From Octopus bimaculoides (Eukaryota), in the NCBI RefSeq assembly GCF_001194135.2, contig NC_068985.1:18750234-18814233 (forward strand): a DNA stretch of 64,000 nt. Direction: 5' to 3'. The notes below the pieces were generated by a model. It searched no databases and had not been told where the DNA came from. It saw only the letters and a list, made by a program, of their open reading frames with translations. Position 1 is the first letter of the stretch, and each line of letters begins with the position of its first letter. Made by a program: the position numbers and the translations under genes. Shown here piece after piece: positions 1 to 13,674 of the stretch.

Positions 1-74
1 ACTTTTATTGTTCAAATGGGAACTTTTACAGAGTTTATATAAGGAATAAATGCATTTATCTCTTAAACTGGCAC

Positions 75-390
75 TCCGTTAGTTTCGATGACAAGGGTTC
101 CAATTGATCCAATCAATGGAACAGCCTGCTCATAAAATTAATGTGCATGTCGCTGAGCACTCCACAGATATGTGTACCCTTAATGTAGTCCTCAGAGAGA
201 TTCAGCATGACACAGAGTGTGACAGGGCTGGCCCTTTGAAATACAGGTACAACTCATTTTTGCCAGCTGAGTGGACTGGAGCAACATGAAATAAAGTGTC
301 TTACTCAAGGACATAATGTGTTGCTGGGAATTGAACTCATGACCTTATGATTGTGAGCTAAATACCCTAACCACTAAGCTAGGTGCCTTC
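75..390 (-). mobile_element. tRNA-derived SINE, family C (approximate ends)
   Basis: Reverse complement aligns along its length with the + copy at 52665-52991: tRNA-like head (...ggcacctagcttagtggttaggg...gagttcaattcc), then gtgtccttgagtaagacactttatttca and ctgtggagtgctcagc. Confidence 0.8.
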
Positions 391-759
391 CTTTATTTTT
401 TAGATTTAAATGAAATAGCCAGATAATTGTCATGTAAATTTAAAAACATACTACAATATGTTCAATACACATAGTTCATTTTATGAAGTATGTATATGGA
501 AGCCCACATTAAATTTATTTTATGAATTCCATTCCATTTTTTACCACTGGTCCAAAGAAAGTGAGAAATACTTAGATTGTGTAGGACTCTCAGATTAGAG
601 GGAAGACCTGTCTAGTTGGAGTACTTGGAAGTGAAGAGAGTATTAGAATGTCAGTTCTAAAGATGAAGGACTAATTTTAATGCTTGTATTTAGAACACAA
701 AGTTTGGACTTTGAAATCAAAACATAAAAGGATATAACTAAATATCAAATAATAATGGT

Positions 760-962
760 TTCAAATTTTGGCACAAGGCCAGAAATTTTGGGGGGTTGGG
801 GGTGTAGTCAATTACACTGACCTCAGTACTTAATTGGTACTTTACTTTATCAACCTTGAAAGGCAAAGTTGACAATGGCATGATTTGAACTCTGAACATA
901 TAAAACCGAAAGAAGTGTCGAATTATATTTTGTCCAACACTAAATGATTCAGCCAAACCATT
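760..962 (-). mobile_element. tRNA-derived SINE, family B (approximate ends)
   Basis: Same sequence recurs at ~9020-9215(-), 15655-15850(-), 19874-20060(+), 20965-21180(-), 23778-23970(-), 46770-46975(-), 50107-50320(+), 52065-52240(+) and 53730-53955(+). Shared core: gttctgagttcaaat...gactttgcctttcatcc. Confidence 0.8.
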
Positions 963-1862
963 GTTCTAATAATAATAATAATAATAATGGTAATAATATT
1001 AATAATTGCTTCTAATTCAGGTACAAGTTCAACAATTTAGAGGGGAAGAGGTTCAGACCTCCATTGCTTTACTGAAACTCTTTTTTATTGACCACACAGG
1101 GATGAAAGATAACACTAACCTCAGTAGAATTTGAACACAAAACATAAAGTGCTAAAAGACACACTGCAAAGCATTAATTCTTTATCCCTTCTAATAGNNN
1201 NNNNNNNNNNNNNNNNNNNNNNNNNNNNNNNNNNNNNNNNNNNNNNNNNNNNNNNNNNNNNNNNNNNNNNNNNNNNNNNNNNNNNNNNNNNNNNNNNNNN
1301 NNNNNNNNNNNNNNNNNNNNNNNNNNNNNNNNNNNNNNNNNNNNNNNNNNNNNNNNNNNNNNNNNNNNNNNNNNNNNNNNNNNNNNNNNNNNNNNNNNNN
1401 NNNNNNNNNNNNNNNNNNNNNNNNNNNNNNNNNNNNNNNNNNNNNNNNNNNNNNNNNNNNNNNNNNNNNNNNNNNNNNNNNNNNNNNNNNNNNNNNNNNN
1501 NNNNNNNNNNNNNNNNNNNNNNNNNNNNNNNNNNNNNNNNNNNNNNNNNNNNNNNNNNNNNNNNNNNNNNNNNNNNNNNNNNNNNNNNNNNNNNNNNNNN
1601 NNNNNNNNATAGACTGAACCTGAAATCACATGGTTTCAAAGCAAGCTTCTTAACCATACAACCATGTCTGAGGTAACTAGAAAAATGGTTTCTTCAATGG
1701 CCTCTAAACCTACAAGGTAATACAAGATGTGTCATGCAGAAAGGTGAAATAAACATTTGGGAGCATACAAACATAATAAAATAGTGGAAGTGAGGTACAC
1801 AAAAATATAATACATGAAAAAAAGGTTAAAAATTTAAATACAATGAATCTGAATTTACTTAC

Positions 1863-3140
1863 ATCTTTGCTATTAGTTGTGTTTGGTGCATCTTTGATAT
1901 AAAATTTGTAAGGAACGGCATAACCTTGTTCATCTACATACACCTCTATATTGTTCAGTGCATCTAAATCATCACGAGATCTGCCAAACTTCGATGTTTC
2001 TAAATAGATTGCATTATTACAATTAGACTTATTATCAGGATGTATACTTTCCACACTTAAACATCTCCTCAGGCTAAAATTAGATTTTGAATTGTTTACA
2101 TCTGATATCACAGAATTTGTAACAACTGAGGGCTTTGCGTTACCGTTGACAGTTTTTAAAGAATTCCTCAATCCCTTATCTTTTTCTTTATCTGATAACG
2201 GAGATTTAGGGGCAGGTGGCCGGGGTGGGGGTGGACGGGGTGGCCTTTTGTGAGCATTTTCAGTTTTTGGTTTAGATATTTTATTAGGAGTTGTCATCTC
2301 ATATATCTCATTTTCTTTAAAAACAGTCTCTTTATTTTTTAAAAAATCATGTTTATAAGTCCGAGGTGGTTTTTTAGGTGGTGTACCAGTTGGAAGATTA
2401 GATGGTTTTGGCGGAATTTTAGGAATTTTGCTTTCTGTATTTTCTTTATCCATCATGTCAACCTGAGATTTGGCATCATTGCATAATGGTGAGGTGCTTA
2501 CTGTAGTATCTTTTCTATTGGAATCTCTTACTGATGAGTGCCTAGACACTTTTTTATGTTGAAGATAGTCTCGATTGTATATAGCAGTGGTAGGCCTAGC
2601 TGCAATTTCAGGTTTTTTAGGTGTTTGGAAACTTTTAGATTTGTTCAAAACTTCATTAGAACGATTTATGTCCTCACATCCAAAACTTGCAGAACCTTCA
2701 GATTTTCTCTCTTTTTCAAATGAGTTACTATGTTGACTGGTAATACAATCAGAGAATCCTCTCTTGTGATTTGGTACAAAGGGTCGAAGTTGACAATTAC
2801 TGATATTACTCTCTGGGTTAGTAATTTCCGTTTGTGCTACCTCATTGCTTTCATTCTTTATAAGTGAATCTCGCTTGACACGTGGAATGACAACAGGAGG
2901 AGTAGGCTTTTCTTCAAGATCAACTTTTTTAACCTTAACTGTAGGTTTTGGTGGGAGCACTGCTGATGATCTTGGTGCTGGTTTAGGAATAGGGGCAGTA
3001 TTGTGAAAGACACTGTCATTTGAACTATTGTCATTTTCCACCTGTGAAGTGAGTTTAGCTTGTTCAAACTTCAGTCTAATGTCATTAAACCTTCCGGGTG
3101 GGAGATTCTGCACTTCTTGCTGACTTTCATCATCCATCAT
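1863..3140 (-). CDS. Large first coding exon of a host gene: proline-rich, low-complexity N-terminus, probably DENND2/ST5-like (DENN-domain Rab GEF). Exon spans 1863-3192 including 5' UTR.
   Basis: 426 open codons from ATG 3140 (MMDDESQQ...). Acceptor ttttttgtttgtttcag ends at 3193 and a phase-0 donor GAT|GTAAGT lies at 1863/1862. Contains PxxP clusters, PPKKPPRTYKHD (recalls the KPxRTF-type motif of DENND2/ST5 N-termini), ENEIYE and GYAVP tyrosine motifs. The family call rests on remembered motifs plus the RPL27A neighbour; no DENN domain is in the window. Confidence 0.8.
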
Positions 3141-4229
3141 TTCTTTTGTCTGATAATATCCATCAAGATTTATATTTCCAGCAAATAATTTTCTGAAACA
3201 AACAAAAAAAATATAGGTATATAAAACTAGATTTAACCATGTGCAATTTTACACCATTTAAATGAAAGGCATTAATTATTTCATGACAAATAAGAGATAT
3301 TTTTTCTCCCCCAAAATAATGTCTTAAAAAGAAAAAAAAATCATCCTAGATCCGATTGCAGAGTTAGGCCAGTATTACATGATTTAATTCACTACAAACA
3401 TTTTTTCTTGAATATGCGCTGCTGAAATTAGGGTGTATCTAATATGTCTATGCATCTTTTATGCTATAGAATATGGCATATATTCAGGTTACACATGCTT
3501 TACTTTGTTTTTATCCCAATTCAACAATTAATAAGTCTATAGACTGTCAATTCTTCACATATGTATTCGTTCTAATGGTAGGTATGAGCATAAACTGAAA
3601 ACCTGGACAGTTACTTCCTTTCACTTTGCAGTAGAAATCTAATATATTACTTCTTCAAATGAATTATCTAGTTAAGAACAATTCATAAGTAAGCTCATGA
3701 AAATTGATGTACATTTATTACACATACATAAACATACATTATATGTAAATACATAGAAGATATATATTCATTCATTTGTTTAATGGCTGTTTTTTCATGC
3801 ATGCATGCATAGGTCGAACAGGGCTATATATGAAGCAGGGCTTTGTGACTGGATGCTCTCCCTGTCACACCAACCTCTACATTTTATAAGGGATTTCTTA
3901 TTCTACAGGTCTTCAAAAGTACAGAATAAGTGGTCTTATTTGCTGAATCTGTAGAAAGAGTATTCATGACACTTGCAGGGCCTCTTATAATGGCAAGTTT
4001 CATGCTGTCAGTGTTTCATTAAATTGCTACAGAAGAAAGACATGAGAAAGGAGATTCTTGAGGACTGATACTCTGAGGAGGAAAAACTAAACATGGTGGT
4101 TAGTGCCAAGCAGGATGGGATTGGATGCAACAAGGGCGATAAGAAGTGGAGAGATGGGTGGGTCAGGAACCTGGGTGATGGAGGATGTTAGATATCAAAT
4201 GATTCTCCTAAGGGGAAAGAAAATAGGTG

Positions 4230-5200
4230 CTTAAGCACGTGTTTTTTTCCAAAACTTCATAAGTTTAAATTTTCTCTCAGTAAGCAAATTTGTTTTAGAC
4301 CAGACTGAAATTTTATCCATTGGTAACTTGGAAACTTGTGAATTTTCTATTTTGTTGTTTTTGATGACATCTGTCATGTCATTTACGTGCACTACAAAGA
4401 GGAGACCCAACATAAATCTCTGGGGGGACACCTCTGGTGACTTTTGCTGGGTTTTGTGGGTTCAGCATGTTGAACCCAAAACATGCTGAGTTCTGCTTAC
4501 CTGCAAATACTTAATCTAGTGTTATAACCTGTAAGAGAGTTTTAACAGTAGAATGTTAAAAGTTGTGTCTGTGTGTCAAAGGCTTTGCTGAAGTCAAGAT
4601 ATGAAACATCTGTATTTCATCATTCTCCTAAAACTTTTGGAATGTCATCAAAGCAAATGTAGAAAGCTTTTTTACACAGTCTTTGCTACAATGAAAACCA
4701 TGCCAATTGAAATTTAGGAGATTGTTACCCTCCAGGAAGTTAGTTGTTCTTGACCTTACCAGCCTATCAAATATTTTGATAATGAGAGATAAATGAGACC
4801 AGATGATATAAATTATTTCCTTGTTGAAAAATAAGATAAAAAATTAGGATAGGAAATGTTTGGGAACATAGCCTGCATCTAACAATTTTCTCCAGAGATT
4901 AGCTAGATGAGATGCAAGTTAGTGTTGGTATTCCATCTGGGTGCTAGCAGGGAATCTATTGGGAAGGCTACTGAAGAGTAATATTTAATTTCATTTATTG
5001 CTATGAATACATCCGTGATGTTAAAAGATATGTTGAAAATCTGTAGGGAGCTGGATTCATTGATACTACCAAAGTCAACCTCAGTGGGATTACTAAAGAC
5101 AAAATAGTATTTCTGTAGAATCTCTATCCTTTCCTTGATATCATTTACAAAAGCAACAATGATGTAAGCAAAAGGTATGGGCAAATGTAAATGCAAATTT
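4230..5200 (-). mobile_element. Degenerate CR1/L2/Jockey-type LINE ORF2 fragment (pre-RT and RT region)
   Basis: The minus strand encodes DVSYLDFSKAFD (~4590-4625), PQRFMLGLLFVVHVNDM (RT PQGSVLGP.LF..Y.ND-like) and an upstream ...DVFIAINEIK... segment, with many stops and frameshifts. Confidence 0.7.
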
Positions 5201-5420
5201 TTATAAGTTTACCAAAAGAAACAGAAGTGAGTCTTTTTAGATAAATCAAAATATATTTATTTACTGCACTTTCAAAAATTATACTGAGTTGCTACCGGCT
5301 TAGTAAAAAATGTTAAAAAGTAGAGTTAAAAATATCTTTTTAGTGAAAAAAGTCCTTGTGGGAGGAATTAGTCTATGATTATGTGCTATAAGAATGTTTC
5401 AGATAAATTCTTTTATTCTT

Positions 5421-5760
5421 TTACTTGTTTCAGTCATTTGACTGTAGCCATGCTGGAGCACCACCTTTTAGTTGAGCAAATCAAACCCAGGACTTATTCT
5501 TTGTAAGCCTGGTACTTATTCTATCGGACCCTTTTGTTGAACCACTAAGTTACAGGGATGTGAACAGCATCGGTTGTCAAGCGATGTTGGTGGGGGCACA
5601 AACACAGACACACAAACACACACATATATATACGATGGGCATCTTTCAGTTTCCGTCTACCTCACAAGGCTTTGCTCGGCCTCAGGCTATAATAGAAGAC
5701 ACTCGCCCAAGAACCATGTGGTTGGTAAGCAACCAACTTACCACACAGCCACTTCTATGC
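5421..5760 (-). mobile_element. tRNA-derived SINE, family A (octopus OK/OR-type, not assigned), internal microsatellite
   Basis: Matches the full-length copy at 55025-55461. Other full or partial copies at ~11720-11940, 12375-12797, 16125-16500, 20378-20680, 21538-22200, 22925-23660, 30480-30650, 32470-32630, 38400-38575, 41585-42790 and 48780-48940. Confidence 0.85.
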
Positions 5761-6172
5761 CTCCACACAGCCACTCCTGCACCTCCACACAGACGTATGT
5801 AAAAATAAATAAATAAATATGGGCGTGCAAGTTTTGGAAACTTGTAAAAGAGCAATTTTGGCATGTCTATGTTTGAGTATGACAAAGCAGTTCAGTTAAA
5901 ATGTGTGCAAACGTCTTAATAGCTAGTATATATAAAAATGATTGTGTCTGATTCTATGTAAAACACATACAATTAGAACATATGCAAAACAAGGCAAGAT
6001 CCCATGAAAAAAAAAAAAATTATCAGATGAACAAGAAATGGGGTTTCAAATTATTGGCAAAACTTCCTGTTTCTTNNNNNNNNNNNNNNNNNNNNNNNNN
6101 NNNNNNNNNNNNNNNNNNNNNNNNNNNNNNNNNNNNNNNNNNNNNNNNNNNNNNNNNNNNNNNNNNNNNNNN

Positions 6173-6213
<41 letters not shown>

Positions 6214-7046
6214 GTGGCTATCTGCTCCCTGCAGAACTTGACCTCTTCTTGTACCTATAATTGCTCTTTCCTTGCATGAAATCTTAAATTTCATGCAAGC
6301 ACTGATGGCTGGCATTAGGAAGGGCATCCAGCTGTAGAAACCAAACCAAAACAGACTATGAAACCTTGTGTGGTTCCTGGCCTTGCTGGCTCCTATCAAG
6401 CCATCCAGCATGGAAAACAGACATTAAATGACAATGATGATGACTAGACACTACACAGAGTAGTAAAGACTCCTAATGAACACCCAACTCGGAAACAGAT
6501 GTAAAAAAAAAAAAAACTGCACTTTCCAATCCCTTACTTGCAAGGTTTTGACTAGTGAATCCCAAGTCTAGGTTGAACTAACACAAATTCTCCTCTATCT
6601 AGTCTTCCTATCTCATGAACTTCCTAGATTTATACTTGTCTATGAGGAATAACTATGAACTTTCACTCTCCAGATTCTTTGGATTTTCTCCTAAATTTGT
6701 ATATTTTTTTTATACTCTCTTCTGTATAAATATTTATAAACAAATTGATGCTTTTAAACTGCCTGTCCATCTTTTATTTTATTATACTGACATTAGCTTG
6801 ACCTCTACACTGTCTACAACCAGCTCTTATTACTACACTCAACATCGAATTTTAAGCACTTGATTTGGTCTGAGCATTTTTTGTGTGTACTTATTATATG
6901 TCATTTTTCATGGTTTCTTACTTATAACACACATATACATACACTATTTACCAAGACTACTGGTCTGTTGAATTACTAAAATATTTTCTTCTTGATCTGT
7001 ATTTTCATCAAGAAATAGAAATCCTTTATTGGATTGCTTTTGATAA

Positions 7047-8737
7047 CACTGTATAACAATGAGAAAAAAACAAATAAGGATAACCTTTTCTAGGGGTATT
7101 TGGTGTGTAGATCATGAATATAACATCTGTTTCTTTCTGCGACCCTCCAGTTTCTTATAAATTACTGTCTTATTTACGTTAAATACACTGATGGTTCTGT
7201 AGGAATTGAGAGCAAACAGGATTGGGCTAAAACTGACAACTCTAAAAGTTATGAACGGATTTTAATATAATTATAATGAGATGTTCCTAAGGTATTTGTC
7301 AACCTAACCTATGAAAATTATAAAAGTACACTCAATATTTTTATAGTTATATGGGTCCAAATTCAAGGTAAATCACCCAACCAAACTCAATGATCACTTA
7401 CTAAGCTACAGAGTGAAGTCTTGGCCTCACGCCTGCAACAATGGAACCTGTTGGATAAAGATGCTTGAATTACAGTATTTAGGAATTGTTCTGCAAATCT
7501 ATAGCAATTCTTCACTTTGGGAAACAACTTGACTTATTGTAATGATATCAGAGACCTATTCAATGCCCTTGAGATAACATATGAACCAAATGAGTGGAGG
7601 TTATTCATAGATGCTTCCCTTTACAGCATAAAAGCAATTCTGTTGAACACTGGAAACAGCATGCCTTCAGTTCCAATTGCTCACTCAATCATTGAGAACC
7701 TCGCTTTTAGTCTAGACTGCTTAAGTTCCAAGGAGCATGAGTGGCTAATTTGTGCGAACTTGAAAGTAGTAGCCCTACTTAATGGGCTACAAACTGGATA
7801 CACCAAATGTATGTGCTTCCTTTGCAAGTGGAACAGTAAGGCCAGATCAGAACATTATGTACATTCAGAATGGCCACCTCAGGAAACTATGATGCCTGGA
7901 TGCCATAATATAAATCATGAACCACCAGTTAAGAAGGAGAAAATCATTTTGCCACCACTGCATATAAAATTAGTCCTAATGAAACAATTCACCAAAGCAC
8001 TGCAACATATCATGCCAGGTTTCCAGTATCTCAAGGCAATCTTCCATAAAATAAGTGATGCCAAGATTAAAGAGAGCATATTCGTAGGCTCTCAGGTTCA
8101 TCAACTTATAGCTGATGAGGATGTCAAGATGATAATGGATGAAACTGAGCTAGTAGCATGTCATGCATTCAAAGATGTATGCAAAGGACTTCTGGGAAAG
8201 CACTAAGTGGCCCAGCGTGAGAGTATACTGGAGAGCCTAATCAAGTGCTACGTAGATCTTGGATGCAATACGTCGCTGAAGATACACTTCCTTCATTCTC
8301 ATCTGTCCTTCTTCCCAGAGAATGCAGGAGATGTGAGAGTTAAACATGGAGAGAGATTCCATCAAGATATAACATCAATGGAAAACAGGTATAAGGGGAA
8401 AATGGAGCCCAGCTATGCTGGCTGACTTCTACTGGAACCTGAAGCGTGGCACACCTGAGAAGTCTTATAAACAAGGAAGTAAATACTAAAATGTAGGTTA
8501 ATACATTATATAATGCTAACAAACACGCCGATTGATTATATATTTATGAATCAATTACAATGAAGAAATTTAATCTGACTTTGGGAACAAAATAAATTCA
8601 TGGTATCAAGGAAATTGGTATAAATTACATAGGTATTAAGTCAGTATTTTATAAGAAAATGTGACATGATGGAAAATTTTTGTTATAAAATTTGAATTTA
8701 GTACAATCAACTTGATCCTGAAATTTGTTGTACAGTG
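7047..8737 (+). mobile_element. Chapaev3-type (CMC superfamily) DNA transposon, both ends intact, 1691 bp
   Basis: Termini CACTGTATAACA / TGTTGTACAGTG (12-bp inverted repeat, 1 mismatch) with a 3-bp TAA target-site duplication at 7044-7046 and 8738-8740. CAC...GTG ends with a TWA duplication are diagnostic of Chapaev3. Confidence 0.8.
7400..8490 (+). pseudogene. Chapaev transposase remnant (stops, frameshifts, internal deletion)
   Basis: ORFs 7517-8206 and 8207-8425 encode WRLFIDAS..SIKAILL, GYTKCMCFLCKW, ILPPLHIKLVLMKQFTKAL, IFVGSQV, LGCNTSLKIHFLHSHLSFFPEN and HGERFHQDITSMENRYKGK. Confidence 0.8.
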
Positions 8738-10009
8738 TAATTAATATTTAAAGCCTGACTTATGGATACTCTTAATTTAGTTAACAATACTTGCCTTTCT
8801 GTAATTTTTACTGTTTCCCCAGCTCTTTATTTCTAAGTAAAACCTATTCTGGGATCCCTCTTTTAAGAGATACCCACCATCTCATTCACCTTTATTCATA
8901 AGCTTTCTCCCAAACATCAAACTTCTCTTCTTTTATTGTACCTTATGAAGGTCATTATGCCAATAATTATCACATGAGCTGGTTCTATTTCACTTCTTTT
9001 ATTATTGCTAATCAACTAAAGCCAGCAATCTTTTAGGGGAGGAGTAAGTCAATTACACTGACCCCAGTGGATCAAGTAGTACTTCATTTTATTGACATTG
9101 AAATGATGAAAAGCAAAGTTGACCTCAGCAGAATTTGAAATTAGAATGAAGAGCCTGAAGAAATACCACTAAGCATTTTGCCTAGCTTGCTAATGCTTCT
9201 GCCAGTTTTCTGCCTTTAGTTGACCAATAATAATAAAAGAAGTGAAATAGAATCAGTGCATGAGTTTATTATTGGCATAATGATCCTCCCAAAATACCAC
9301 AAAATGTTTCAACACAACATCATACATCAAGTTCACATCAAGAATTTTGTAATACAAATATAATGATTATTCAAACTTCTCTCTACTACAATATTGTGTC
9401 CTCGTCACAACTAATATTCCTGAAGCTAATGACAGATCCATCATCATTTCTGACTCTAGTTGTAGTGCTCCTTCCTCGCTTTTACCACTATCCTCTTCCT
9501 TTGATATTCTCCCTAATTCAATCTAAGATAATACAAAATTTCTTTGTCTTTTGTATCTATTTTTAGAATATCCACTATTTCAAGTAGGCCTTTCCATTCC
9601 GAACTATAAATTCCATCAGCTGATTCATTTGAAAAGCACATTTAGACCAAAATACACATTTATTATATATTTTGTAACAAATTATTTTAATGTCTCATAA
9701 ACACCGTTTTGTGGGAACAGGCAAACCAGCAACCTATTGAATCTCAGATCAAGAGGAGAAAAGGGCTTAGCTGGGACACGTTCAACAGAAACCTGTTTCC
9801 AACATTACAAGACAAACCTTCCAGTTGATACCCCCAAGGGACACACAAGTTCAGTAGATCAAAAGCAACATGAAAAAAATCCACAGAAACGAAACCACTG
9901 TCAGATGAAAATGCATCAGATTTCATTCAAATCATCATTAATTCTGGGACACCCTGTATTTACTTGTCTGAATAAAAGGGGCAGGGAGCACAAGGGTGGG
10001 GGAGACTAA

Positions 10010-10778
10010 TTGCAGGTGGCAAGCATAGCTTCCGGAAGTGGTCATGTGGTCAAACTCAAATGGCTGTGAGTCACCACAGCAGTTTGTTTTTTGTATGAAT
10101 ATTTTGCATTATGAAGCTCAGACATGGATGACATAGAAAGCAGACATGCTGCCAGGCCATGCTGCGTTGTGCAGGATTGGAAACATGACACATCAACAGG
10201 GCACTTCTGGAGAATGGATGAATGGGTTTGTTGTGCTTTTACCTAGCCACAAACACACGCACATGGCCTGGTGGTGCATGGGATGATGGTAACATGAAGC
10301 ATCAACAATGCGCTGACAAAAATTTTCATGTTCTTCTCATTTCCTCTGCCAAATTGGACAAAAGAGTTTCAATGAAATATTATACACTACTTATAATGCA
10401 TAAGTAGTGTCAATATTTTATCATTGGAAAATGGCCTAAAACAAAAATAAAGCCCAGTGTAGTATACTCAAATAGCTGGTGTTGGAAATTCTTTTTAGTC
10501 AACAGCAATTTGAGGAGCCTGATTAATGTTTGTTGAAAATTTGGAGGAAAGTGACTGGATACTCTTCAAGTTACGGGCCTTAACGCTGCGAAAATGCTTT
10601 AAAAATGTGGTTTATCTGCCCCTGGGCCTGCATTAGGCAAGAAGTTGAAAACTTTTTTGGCCCATGACATTCCATGGATCCTATGTAATGGATGTGTAAA
10701 ATTTCATTAAAATTGGTTGGATGGGTCTCGAGTTTTAATGACATGACAAACATACAAACAGACACACATCCTGTGTTT

Positions 10779-10790
<12 letters not shown>
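10010..10790 (-). mobile_element. Non-autonomous Helitron-like element, copy 1
   Basis: Reverse complement aligns with 24190-25170. The 5' region (tatatat..aaaacacaggatgtgtgtctg...ctcgag.ccca.ccaaccaattttaatgaaa) is typical of non-autonomous Helitrons, and the 3' end is a degenerate hairpin plus TTAG|T. Confidence 0.6.
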
Positions 10791-10813
<23 letters not shown>

Positions 10814-11439
10814 AATGTTATATATATATATATATATAACATTTATTTTTATACACAATAGGCATATATACACTTTTCATCAACAATTCTTGCATTTACT
10901 TCGTATTAGATGGCCTGAGGCCATAAAAGACATTTGCCAAAGCTAAGCTATCTGAATATATCCAATAATATGAAAGAGAGGAGCCCCTTCTGGATTGCCA
11001 AGGAGGTGGAGACTCTGTAGCAGTATACAGAGTGAAGAAACCATATAAGTTAGTAGTAACTCTGAATAAAACCAGATAAGATGAGATTAAAGGTATTTAA
11101 ATATTTAAATTCTTCACAAGCTTATTTCCACTAATGACAGCTACAGGCAAGATTGAAAGCCAAATCAGTCATTTCTTTTCACTTAGCAGGAGAAATTTAA
11201 TATACTACTTTTACCAAATTAATTAGTAATGAACGATTCAGCAATAAGCTGATTAAAAGATTTTACAATTGCATGTTTATTATATACATACCAATAAACA
11301 GACACACACACCAGATGGAGTAAGGATGAATGATGGTGAGAGATGACAAATAACTGAGAAAAGGAGCCAAGGAATACAGAATGGCGGGGGCAGTGAATAT
11401 AAGCATGGTAGAATATTTGTGTGTGTGTGTGTGTCATCA

Positions 11440-12305
11440 TCGTCATCGTTTAACGTCTGTTTTCCATGCTAGCATGGGCTGGATGATTTGACTGAGGACT
11501 GGCAAGCTAGGAGGCTGCACCAGGTTCCAGTCTGATCTGGCAAGGTTTCTACGGCTGGATGCCCTTCCTAATACCAACCACTCCCAGAGTGTAGAGGGTG
11601 CTTTTCACGTGTGACTGGCACTGGCATCAACCACATTCGAATGGTGCTTTTTACATGTCATTGGCATAGGAGCCAGTCAGGCGGCGCTGGCAACGACCAT
11701 GCTCGAATGGTACTTCACTGTGTGTTAAGAAGCCTACTTCCCAACCACATGATTTTGGGTTCAGTCCCACTGCATACTACCTTGGGTAAGTCTTTTCTAC
11801 CTTGGGCAAGTCAGGCCAACCAAAGCCTTATGAGTGGATTTGGTAGATAGAAACTGAAAGAAGCCTGTCATATATATATATATATGTCTCTGTGCCAGTG
11901 TTTGTCACCCCACCACTGCTTGACAGCTGCTGTTGGTGTGACAAGGAAATGACAAGGGACCAGATGTGACAATTTCCTGTAGTTGATAAGACATCAACCA
12001 AAGTTAAATTGCTGTTTTCCACACATACAGACTTGTCCTTTCATGGGCCAGTGCCACTTAAAAATCATGCCAGTGCTGTGTTAACAAACTCAGGTTGGTG
12101 CTGTGTAAACATACCCATGCCAGTGACACGTGAAAAGCACCCAGCACACTCTGCTAAGTGGTTGGCATTAGGAAGGGCATCCAGCTATAGAAACCATGTC
12201 ACAACAGACGGTTGGAGTCTGGACAGCTCCCAGCTAGCCAGCTCCATGTCAAACCATCCAACTTATGCCAGCATGGAGAGTGGATGTCACACAATGATAA
12301 TGATG
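11440..12305. mobile_element. Two copies of an RTE-tail-related element ending in (GAT)n (11440-11715 minus, 12010-12305 plus), separated by a SINE A fragment
   Basis: Shared core ggcattaggaagggcatccagc...catgctagcatggaaa..gacgttaaacgatgatgat. Also at ~6300-6445, 21760-21970, 30090-30250, 31245-31480, 32215-32450, 35075-35310, 36980-37065, 40745-40845 and 48345-48765. Confidence 0.7.
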
Positions 12306-12568
12306 ATGTGTGTGTGTGTGTGTCTGTGTAAGTACACACATCTATGTATGTATGTGTGTCTCTCTTTCTGTCTTTTACTTGTTTCAGTCATTTGACTGCA
12401 GCCATGCTGGAGCACCACCTTTAGTCGAGCAAACCGAACCCAAGATTTATTCTTTAGAAGCCTAGTACTTATTCTATCGGTCTCTTTTGTTGAACTGCTA
12501 AGTCACGGGGACGTAAACACACCAGCATCAGCCGTCAAGCGATGTTGGGGGGAAAAACACACACACAC

Positions 12569-12632
<64 letters not shown>

Positions 12633-13099
12633 GATGGGCTTCTTTCAGTTTCCATCTACCAAATCCACTCACAAGGCTTTGGTCGGCCTGAGGCTATAGT
12701 AGAAGACACTTGCCCAAGGTGCCACGCAGTGGGAATGAACCCGGAACCATGTGGTTGGTAAGCAAGCTACTTACCACACAGCCACTCCTGCACCTATGTG
12801 TGTATGTATGATAATCACTCCTGTTGATTTCAACATGAGTGTTTGAAGGAGAGGATTTAAAGGAAAAAAGTGAGACAAAGACAAAACAACTTTAAAAATA
12901 AAAAAATAAAAAGAAGCTGCATCTATTTGCAGTGGATGCATGAATGTAAATTTGAGTCCAGGTATGGATTTTGCTATGAAGTCACACTGGGGATACTAAT
13001 GATTTAGATTTTGCCAGGGCAAATGTGTATGTTGATTGCAGGATATAATTCTTTTAATGTTGTTTCTTCAATTCAAAACTGTTTGGATGCATCATGACA

Positions 13100-13660
13100 C
13101 ATTTTCGTCATGCAGATCAATCTAAGCAATGACTTTCCCAAGACATCAAATTGAGCTGAAGAGACTTTAGTGATTGCTTCAACTTATATTTGTATCTAAG
13201 GATGGATCTTCCCAATCTGTGGTGTCCTAGCCATTAGCACTGAATTCTCAGCAGCATGCTTTGGATACTGGAGATATTACATTTTTCTAAGATTTTGACA
13301 TTTGATATCTTGCCATTTTATGTTGCAGATATTGTGCAGACAGCACATGTGAAAGCTTTCAAGTTTCTTTATATGTCTGTAGTGAGGAGTCCATGCTTCT
13401 GCTCTGAAGAAGAGTTTGCTCAAAATACAAGATTTGTATACACCTATTTTAGTTTTCACACTAACAAAGAATAAGTCCTATTTTTGTATCGTGTAATGTC
13501 ACACATAAATTTCTTGAGACTATCTGTTTCTTCCTCCTTTGTGTCTTCCATCGACTTCTTCCTCTGTCTGACAAAGAACCATTCTTGAAACATCATTTCT
13601 ACTATTCACTGTGTACATCTGACTGACTTTCGCTTTTTCCTGTTTTTTCATTCTTAGATT
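13100..13660 (-). mobile_element. RTE/BovB-like LINE RT C-terminal fragment
   Basis: The minus strand encodes TKIGVYKSCILSKLFFRAEAWTPHYRHIKKLESFHMCCLHNICNIKWQD, matching the RTE motif K..VY...VL..LLYG.E.W......L..FH..CLR.I..I.W.D. Confidence 0.75.
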
Positions 13661-13674
13661 TGCATGTATCATCA

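Noticed and set aside
1710-1862. C-terminal hydrophobic tail of the 476-aa ORF (VSKFRFIVFKFLTFFSCIIFLC...), which resembles a transmembrane segment
   Set aside because: It is read-through into the intron past the strong GAT|GTAAGT donor at 1863/1862.
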